From a virus (Duplodnaviria > Caudoviricetes): a stretch of 29,642 nucleotides of DNA. This document shows, piece after piece, positions 1 through 4,814 of this stretch. The DNA lies in the IMG/VR virus record IMGVR_UViG_3300023180_000282, positions 1 to 29,642 of that record; one strand, 5' to 3'. The notes beneath the pieces were generated by a model. It was not told where the DNA came from, ran no database searches, and saw nothing but the letters and a program-made list of their open reading frames with translations. Positions within the stretch are counted from its first letter, which is position 1, and every line of letters starts with the position of its first letter. Position numbers and translations under genes: made by a program.

Positions 1-2
1 AC

Positions 3-884
3 ATCGAACACCCCGAAGACACCATCCTCACGGGTGACCTCACTGCCCTGGATTGGATCGCCGCTGCAGGCACCCTGTCCGTTAAAATGGACGGTGCACC
101 TGCTATTGTTTGGGGACGCAATCCTGCCACGGGTAACTTCTTCGTGGGCACCAAAAGTGTGTTCAATAAAATTAAAATTAAGATCAATGAATCCCATGAG
201 GACATTGATGCTAACCACAGTGGAAATGTAGCAGATATTCTTCACGCTTGCCTGAACTGGTTGCCTAACACTGACGGCATCTATCAGGGTGATTTTATCG
301 GTTTCGGTGGTTCTGATGAGTATACTCCGAACACGATTACTTACAAGTTCCCTGAAGTAATCGACCATAAGATTATCATTGCTCCGCATACCCGTTATGA
401 GGCAAATGATGACCTCCGTGATAGTTGGGCAATTCCCCTGACTGTTAACTTGGGCAGCAGTGATTTCTGTAAGTTTGTGAAACCGAATGCCTCTATTGCT
501 TTCGGTATGCGTGACTTCTCCGATCTGCAAGAAGTGATCGGGTTTGCTATGCAAATGGCACAAATGGTCACCTTTGTTGATGAGAAGAAAGCAAAGGAAA
601 TCAAGAAGCAATTGAATGCATGTATCAGGGAGAATCGCCCTGTTGTGAATAGCGAATTCGACTGCGATTCTAACCTGCTCGGTCTATGGGCACTTGTAAA
701 ATCTATCAAAGATGATGCACTCTACCTTTGCCGCAATGATGGTCCTGCTGCTTACATTGGACATGATCGAATTGACGCCGAAGGTTATGTCTACTCTAAT
801 GAGTTTGGTACAATGAAACTGGTGAATCGTAAGCAGTTCAGTTATGCTAACTTCAACAACAACAAATTTGCACAAACTCCCTGA
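3..884 (+). CDS. 5'-truncated conserved phage protein (DUF6267-like) with covalent nucleotidyltransferase/ligase-like motifs
   Basis: The frame of ORF 87..884 is open back to position 3 (IEHPEDTILTGDLTALDWIAAAGTLSVKMDGAP), so the true start lies upstream of the window. Motifs: KMDG (K at 84-86), YQGDF, EGYVY, MKLVNR. The family assignment is from recall. Confidence 0.75.
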   Translation: MEHPEDTILTGDLTALDWIAAAGTLSVKMDGAPAIVWGRNPATGNFFVGTKSVFNKIKIKINESHEDIDANHSGNVADILHACLNWLPNTDGIYQGDFIGFGGSDEYTPNTITYKFPEVIDHKIIIAPHTRYEANDDLRDSWAIPLTVNLGSSDFCKFVKPNASIAFGMRDFSDLQEVIGFAMQMAQMVTFVDEKKAKEIKKQLNACIRENRPVVNSEFDCDSNLLGLWALVKSIKDDALYLCRNDGPAAYIGHDRIDAEGYVYSNEFGTMKLVNRKQFSYANFNNNKFAQTP

Positions 885-914
885 GAGTTTGTATAACTAA
901 CTTTCGGCTGCCTG

Positions 915-973
915 GGACCAGTTGGCAGAGTGCACACTACCATGGGGGATCGGACCCCTTTGCCCCTTATACT
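915..973 (+). promoter_or_regulatory. Putative early/middle phage promoter P1: upstream box plus -10 TATACT
   Basis: GGACCAGTTGGCAGAGTGCACAC (915-937), a 30-nt gap, then TATACT (968-973). There is no TTGACA-like -35. ATG at 996. Confidence 0.65.
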
Positions 974-995
974 GATTTCAGTTCAGAGAAAGCAA

Positions 996-1220
996 ATGAC
1001 CTTCGCCGTTCAACCCGCCCACTGGTCCAACTTTGATCAGCATGGGTGCTGGTGGGCAACCTCCCTCAACCACGCCCAGCGGATCGCAGAATTCCATGGG
1101 ATGGGTGAGGAGTGCATGATCTGGCGCGTCCCTGTCAGCGGTCGTGCTTACAAGTGGATGCGAGCAGGTGGTAAGGTGGATCAGGTCGATCAGATTGCCG
1201 ACCTGGTGTACGGTGCCTGA
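996..1220 (+). CDS. Small hypothetical early protein (74 aa, MTFAVQPAHW...)
   Basis: In frame with ORF 930..1220. Start moved to ATG 996, just downstream of promoter P1. Confidence 0.75.
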   Translation: MTFAVQPAHWSNFDQHGCWWATSLNHAQRIAEFHGMGEECMIWRVPVSGRAYKWMRAGGKVDQVDQIADLVYGA

Positions 1221-1265
1221 ACCGTCCACTCCCTGCCCCTAAGGGCACCTCTGACCCCTTATACT
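1221..1265 (+). promoter_or_regulatory. Putative early/middle phage promoter P2
   Basis: Half box ACCGTCCAC ending at 1229, a 30-nt gap, then TATACT (1260-1265). ATG at 1287. Confidence 0.6.
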
Positions 1266-1286
1266 GATCTCAGTTCAGACAACCCC

Positions 1287-1448
1287 ATGCGAATCGAAGT
1301 CCGTTACCAAACTCCCTACAATCAGTGCGAGTGGCGCTCCCAGTGGTTCCGCACCATGGAGGAAGCGCAAAGCATGGTAGAGTTCTACCGCTCCTGTGGT
1401 TCCCCTGCTCACATCGCTCCCTCCTCCATGGCACAGTTCGCCCGATGA
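1287..1448 (+). CDS. Small hypothetical protein, 53 aa (MRIEVRYQTPYNQCEWRSQWFRTMEEAQSMVEFYRSCGSPAHIAPSSMAQFAR); absent from the ORF track
   Basis: Translated manually. Follows promoter P2, and its stop overlaps the next start (ATGA at 1445-1448). Confidence 0.8.
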   Translation: MRIEVRYQTPYNQCEWRSQWFRTMEEAQSMVEFYRSCGSPAHIAPSSMAQFAR

Positions 1449-1612
1449 TCAAAGCACTCACCCGCTCCCGTTCCGCTGACTTTCACCGCGCTACCATGCT
1501 CCGCCTCTTAGTTGCCGCTGGTCTCCTGTATCTCCTCTGGGAACCGATCCGCCCCGTCCGCCTTGTGACAGCTGAGGCACTGTACACTGCAGGGGATCTG
1601 ATCCGCCGCTGA
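1445..1612 (+). CDS. Small putative membrane protein (55 aa)
   Basis: ATGA coupling with the upstream gene. Hydrophobic stretch MLRLLVAAGLLYLLW. In frame with ORF 1325..1612. Confidence 0.65.
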   Translation: MIKALTRSRSADFHRATMLRLLVAAGLLYLLWEPIRPVRLVTAEALYTAGDLIRR

Positions 1613-1623
1613 CCCTGTAGAAT
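1565..1623 (+). promoter_or_regulatory. Putative early/middle phage promoter P3
   Basis: Quasi-palindromic GTGACAGCTGAGGCACTGTACAC (1565-1587), a 30-nt gap, then TAGAAT (1618-1623). ATG at 1650. Confidence 0.6.
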
Positions 1624-1649
1624 TATCCCATACCAAACGAACCAAGATC

Positions 1650-1862
1650 ATGAACGGATACGCCAACTGGGCAACCTGGAACGTCGCCCTCTGGATTCAG
1701 AATGATGAGACGACCTACCGCGTCGCCCAGCGTTATGATTCCTACGATCGCCTGATCCCCCGCCTGGAGATGATGTGGGGACAGATGACCCCTGACGGTG
1801 CCCGCTGGATGGATGGCACGATCGACACCGCTGCCCTGGATGAAATGCTGGCGGACCTCTAA
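1650..1862 (+). CDS. Small phage protein of the NGxxNxxTWNVALW family (70 aa)
   Basis: The N-terminus MNGYANWATWNVALWIQND resembles a widespread uncharacterised phage family (from recall). Lies downstream of P3. Confidence 0.8.
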   Translation: MNGYANWATWNVALWIQNDETTYRVAQRYDSYDRLIPRLEMMWGQMTPDGARWMDGTIDTAALDEMLADL

Positions 1863-1876
1863 GGGGTCGCCCCCCG

Positions 1877-1885
1877 TGCTACAAT
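1877..1885 (+). promoter_or_regulatory. Extended -10 promoter (TGnTACAAT), P4
   Basis: TGCTACAAT at 1877-1885, preceded by a C-run as in P1-P3. ATG at 1912. Confidence 0.5.
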
Positions 1886-1911
1886 TCTCTCAAGTCAACC
1901 GACAGACTCCC

Positions 1912-2097
1912 ATGATCCTCTCCATGTCCTCCGACCTCCAGACCCGCCAGATCGTTTGGACTGGTCGCGGCAACGACGACTCCCCGATGGGATCGCGTCT
2001 GCAGCCCCAGTTGGGGATCTCTGCCTTTGCCATCGCGGGGCAGTTCGCTGAGTTGTGGCACGATGAGGCAGTCGCCGCTATCCCCTGCTTTGAGTGA
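1912..2097 (+). CDS. Small hypothetical protein (61 aa, MILSMSSDLQTRQIVW...)
   Basis: In frame with ORF 1798..2097. Start moved downstream of P4. Confidence 0.65.
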   Translation: MILSMSSDLQTRQIVWTGRGNDDSPMGSRLQPQLGISAFAIAGQFAELWHDEAVAAIPCFE

Positions 2098-2102
2098 CCG
2101 AT

Positions 2103-2130
2103 GGGAACGGCAGCGCCCCTAAAGACTCCG
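2103..2130 (+). promoter_or_regulatory. Putative compact H-type RNA pseudoknot in the intergenic leader
   Basis: GGG (2103-05) can pair with CCC (within 2116-19). Loop CGG-c-AG (2108-13) can pair with CTCCG (2126-30) across an A-rich linker. Confidence 0.4.
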
Positions 2131-2154
2131 ACCCTTTCAACCTCTGATCCTATC

Positions 2155-2292
2155 ATGACCCGCGACCTCGCAACCTCCCTTCTCAACCGTGCCGCTGACG
2201 GTGCCCAACTCCTGGAGATCCTGGAGAGCATCGCCGCCGATGAGCAGCAGGGCACCGCGACCGACTTTGACGGTACGCCCATCCTCTGGTAG
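2155..2292 (+). CDS. Small hypothetical protein (45 aa, MTRDLATSLLNRAADGAQLLEILESIA...)
   Basis: In frame with ORF 2101..2292. Looks like an amphipathic helix. ATG 2155 preferred as start. Confidence 0.7.
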   Translation: MTRDLATSLLNRAADGAQLLEILESIAADEQQGTATDFDGTPILW

Positions 2293-2301
2293 GATTCTTC
2301 C

Positions 2302-2526
2302 ATGGCATCCCCGATCAAAGTTCGTGACGCCCGCCGCTTGATTCACAAGGCAGGCGGCGTCATTCGGTCGGGTGGCAGTCACGACAAGGTGACCCACCCT
2401 GACCTTCCCCAAACCTTCCACCTTCCCTCCCATGGCAGCAAAGGACGCTCAACCCTCTCCCCTGGTATGTCGTCGGAGTTCCGTAAGTTCTACGCTCTCA
2501 TGATGGCAGCGAAGGCGGCAGCATAA
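2302..2526 (+). CDS. hicA: HicA-like mRNA interferase (dsRBD-like fold)
   Basis: 74 aa and basic. The pattern KVRDARRLIHKAGGVIRSGGSHDKVTHP...LPSH...LSPGM matches the HicA signature (GSH catalytic His, PxH, LxxG). Confidence 0.75.
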   Translation: MASPIKVRDARRLIHKAGGVIRSGGSHDKVTHPDLPQTFHLPSHGSKGRSTLSPGMSSEFRKFYALMMAAKAAA

Positions 2527-2720
2527 CGAACCAACGACCCGTGCGCCCTTGGCAGTCCATTGGTTCGTGATTTGGCAGTGCCCCCCGTCGTGGGGGTCCG
2601 CCGCCTGGGGGCGTGTATATAAAATCCATGGGTCCCTGTAAGCTATAAAGTCTTGCTTTCGCCAGCTCTTTATAAAGCGCAAATGTTCTATATAAAACAA
2701 AAATGAAAAACTGTTTTACC
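2526..2720. other. Structured non-coding element at the GC-to-AT compositional boundary
   Basis: Inverted repeat ACGAACCAA (2526-34) / TTGGTTCGT (2560-68); CCCCC/GGGGG hairpin at about 2581-2596; TATAAA at 2618, 2644, 2671 and 2691; palindrome CTTTATAAAG at 2668-2677. Confidence 0.55.
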
Positions 2721-2724
2721 TGAG

Positions 2725-2904
2725 ATGCAAAAAAATCCGGATAAAAATTTTACGACTGTAGAGGTCGATCCAATTACTGGGGAGTATTATGTGAATATTC
2801 CTGAGTGGATACTGAACGACTTTGGGTGGTATGAGGGGACCGTAGTAAATATGGAAGTTGAAGGCGATTGTATCGTAGTAACCGAAGTAAAGGACGCCGA
2901 TTGA
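2725..2904 (+). CDS. AbrB/MazE/SpoVT-like DNA-binding protein (59 aa); absent from the ORF track
   Basis: MQKNPDKNFTTVEVDPITGEYYVNIPEWILNDFGWYEGTVVNMEVEGDCIVVTEVKDAD fits the swapped-hairpin pattern hxIPxxhxxxhGhxEGxxhxhxhEGDxIhh. Confidence 0.75.
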   Translation: MQKNPDKNFTTVEVDPITGEYYVNIPEWILNDFGWYEGTVVNMEVEGDCIVVTEVKDAD

Positions 2905-2929
2905 CAACCTCTACATAATACTGTATGAT
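2901..2929 (+). promoter_or_regulatory. Sigma70-type (host RNAP) promoter
   Basis: TTGACA (2901-06), a 17-nt spacer, then TATGAT (2924-29), upstream of ATG 2953. Confidence 0.75.
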
Positions 2930-2952
2930 AACTGATGTAATTACACTATCTC

Positions 2953-3708
2953 ATGGCTAAAGGATTTACTGTTAAAGCAAAAGCTCCTGAAGTTACCAAG
3001 GAGGCAGAATTCGATTACGCTAAAGCACGCGAAATGATTCGTGGTAAAGCAATCGTGTTCTGCTTGCCTGGTCGGGGAGTTTCATATACATTTCTGAAGA
3101 ACTTTGTACAACTCTGCTTTGATCTCGTGCAGAATGGTGCAAGTATTCAAATTTCTCAAGATTATTCTTCAATGGTCAACTTTGCCCGTTGTAAGTGTCT
3201 TGGAGCAAACGTACTCAGAGGACCTGATCAAATCCCCTGGGACGGCAAGCTGAAATACGACTATCAATTGTGGATTGATAGTGACATCGTATTCAACACT
3301 GAGAAGTTCTATCAACTGATTCTTCTTGACCAAGATATTTCTTCTGGTTGGTATTGTACGGAAGACGGGCAAACGTCCTCTGTTGCACACTGGATGGATG
3401 AGGATGATTTCCGCAATAATGGTGGAGTCATGAATCATGAAACGCTGGAAACCATGTCGAAGCGTAAAAAGCCATTCACTGTTGACTATGCAGGTTTTGG
3501 ATGGTTGATGATCAAGCATGGCGTCTTTGAGCATCCTGAGATGAAGTATCCATGGTTTGCTCCCAAAATGCAAATCTTTGAATCTGGTGAGGTTCAAGAC
3601 ATGTGTGGAGAAGATGTGAGTTTCTGTTTGGATGCAAAGGAAGCAGGCTTTGAAATTTGGTGTGATCCTCGCATCCGCGTTGGTCACGAAAAGACAAGGA
3701 TTATTTGA
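2953..3708 (+). CDS. GT-A fold glycosyltransferase-like protein (GT2-like), conserved in T4-like cyanophages
   Basis: DxD motif (LWIDSD), GEDVSFC motif, GFGWLMIK, and C-terminal VGHEK. Confidence 0.75.
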   Translation: MAKGFTVKAKAPEVTKEAEFDYAKAREMIRGKAIVFCLPGRGVSYTFLKNFVQLCFDLVQNGASIQISQDYSSMVNFARCKCLGANVLRGPDQIPWDGKLKYDYQLWIDSDIVFNTEKFYQLILLDQDISSGWYCTEDGQTSSVAHWMDEDDFRNNGGVMNHETLETMSKRKKPFTVDYAGFGWLMIKHGVFEHPEMKYPWFAPKMQIFESGEVQDMCGEDVSFCLDAKEAGFEIWCDPRIRVGHEKTRII

Positions 3709-3872
3709 TGTCTAACGATCGGTACACAGTATTCATAAAAGACTCTGAGGTTCATAGTAATCTCACAGAGGAAGAATACTTGGACCTCATGGAGAATCTG
3801 TCAATCGAATTTTACCAGACAGGTTCTCCACAACCTCATGAAATTAAAACAACAATCTCTAGTTCTACATAA
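3708..3872 (+). CDS. Small acidic hypothetical protein (54 aa, MSNDRYTVFIKDSEVHSNLTEEEYLDLMENLSIEFYQTGSPQP...)
   Basis: Translated manually. TGATG overlap with the upstream stop. Confidence 0.75.
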   Translation: MSNDRYTVFIKDSEVHSNLTEEEYLDLMENLSIEFYQTGSPQPHEIKTTISSST

Positions 3873-3874
3873 AC

Positions 3875-4030
3875 ATGGCAAAATCAAAAGTAGGTGTCTC
3901 TGGTAGCAAAACGTCTTATAGCCCCGGACCTCCGAAGAAGTCTCGTCAAGGCGACGGCATGGGAACCAAATATGCCGCCTCTTCTCGCAATAAAGCGCGT
4001 AAGAAGTATCGCGGACAAGGCAAAGGATGA
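3875..4030 (+). CDS. Small very basic Gly/Ser/Lys-rich protein ending ...RKKYRGQGKG (51 aa)
   Basis: Translated manually. Starts 2 nt after the upstream stop and is followed by a terminator. Confidence 0.75.
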   Translation: MAKSKVGVSGSKTSYSPGPPKKSRQGDGMGTKYAASSRNKARKKYRGQGKG

Positions 4031-4035
4031 TAATG

Positions 4036-4057
4036 GGGGCATCATGCCCCTTTTTTT
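4036..4057 (+). terminator. Intrinsic (rho-independent) terminator
   Basis: GGGGCA-TCA-TGCCCC hairpin followed by TTTTTTT. Confidence 0.85.
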
Positions 4058-4063
4058 ATGAAA

Positions 4064-4070
4064 ATAAATA
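4064..4070 (+). promoter_or_regulatory. T4-type late promoter (ATAAATA)
   Basis: ATAAATA just after the terminator; matches the gp55-dependent late consensus. Confidence 0.65.
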
Positions 4071-4076
4071 CTACTA

Positions 4077-4124
4077 AGGGATAGCAACCCCTCTAAAAGT
4101 TCTGATTTTCACGAATCAGGAGCT
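4077..4124 (+). promoter_or_regulatory. Structured 5' leader: pseudoknot versus RBS-sequestering hairpin
   Basis: AGGG (4077-80) / CCCT (4089-92) and AG-c-AAC (4083-88) / GTTCT (4099-4103). An alternative hairpin AGTTCTGATT / AATCAGGAGCT covers the AGGAG SD (4118-22). Confidence 0.45.
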
Positions 4125-4127
4125 AAA

Positions 4128-4373
4128 ATGGGACAATCACCTGTCGATAGAAACAAAGAGTACATGAGAGAGATGTGGGGAACCACAAAACTCGTCTCAG
4201 ATTATGGTTCAATGCAGAATATTTCAGAGAAAAGAGTGCTTACAGAGGTTATGCATGACCTTGCACCACGTCATAATCTTAAAAAACAGACTGAGTTGCA
4301 TGAAAAAATCCGCAATGACGAAGATTATGATGATTGGAGCTATGGAACTGAGCCAACTTACGGCAAACTCTGA
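4128..4373 (+). CDS. Hypothetical protein (81 aa)
   Basis: ORF with an AGGAG SD 5 nt upstream; lies between two late promoters. Confidence 0.8.
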   Translation: MGQSPVDRNKEYMREMWGTTKLVSDYGSMQNISEKRVLTEVMHDLAPRHNLKKQTELHEKIRNDEDYDDWSYGTEPTYGKL

Positions 4374-4380
4374 CATTAAG

Positions 4381-4388
4381 TATAAATA
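4381..4388 (+). promoter_or_regulatory. T4 late promoter TATAAATA
   Basis: Exact consensus, intergenic, upstream of gp25. Confidence 0.85.
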
Positions 4389-4411
4389 AAATCAAGAAAA
4401 CTTTCGACCAA

Positions 4412-4813
4412 ATGGCACTTCCACGGGTTTCTAGAGCATTTAAGGACATTAGTTTGTCTTTTGAGCCACATCCCGTGACAAAAGACCTCCCTGTTCTAAC
4501 AAATGAGTCTGCAATTCGCAGATCTGTAAGAAATTTGGTACAAACGATACCAACAGAGAGGTTTTTTAACTCTCTTATAGGTTCAGATGTACGTTCAAGT
4601 CTGTTTGAATTCGTAGATTATGCAACCGCGTCGGTAATTCAAGAGCAAATTTTAGATACTATTGAAAATTTTGAGCCAAGAGTTGCAAATGTTGTTGTAG
4701 AAGTCGATCCAAGACCAGATGAAAACAGTTTTGAAGTCAATGTAATCTTTGATATTGTCGGTCAAGAGTTTCCAACTCAAGAATTCTCATTTTTACTAGA
4801 GGCAACAAGATAA
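4412..4813 (+). CDS. gp25: Baseplate wedge subunit gp25 (GPW/gp25 family)
   Basis: AIRRSVRNLV, ERFFNSLIGS, and IENFEPRV motifs; synteny with gp6. Confidence 0.92.
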   Translation: MALPRVSRAFKDISLSFEPHPVTKDLPVLTNESAIRRSVRNLVQTIPTERFFNSLIGSDVRSSLFEFVDYATASVIQEQILDTIENFEPRVANVVVEVDPRPDENSFEVNVIFDIVGQEFPTQEFSFLLEATR

Positions 4814-4814
4814 A

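Larger units (their letters stand above)
963..1279 (+). repeat. Direct repeat CCCCTTATACTGAT(T/C)TCAGTTCAGA, 2 copies (963-987 and 1255-1279)
   Basis: 24 of 25 nt identical. Each copy spans a -10 box and the 5' leader of a small gene. Confidence 0.9.

Noticed and set aside
34-231. Alternative-frame + strand ORFs (also 4204..4389, 19910..20110, 24221..24445)
   Set aside because: They are nested out of frame within, or largely overlap, better-supported CDSs.
963-1279. CRISPR-like or att-site reading of the 25-nt repeat
   Set aside because: Only two copies, 292 nt apart, with a gene between them. There is no cas gene or integrase in the window, and the repeat is explained as promoter plus leader.
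930-2154. Longest-ORF starts at 930, 1325, 1798 and 2101
   Set aside because: They run through promoters, leaders or other genes. Downstream ATGs (996, 1445, 1912, 2155) fit the promoter and coupling layout.
2923-2945. NtcA binding site near the GT2-like promoter
   Set aside because: There is no GTA-N8-TAC; the palindrome present is GTA-N2-TAC.
4077-4103. preQ1-I riboswitch
   Set aside because: The topology is superficially similar, but the conserved preQ1 loop sequence and long A-tract are absent and no que genes are adjacent.
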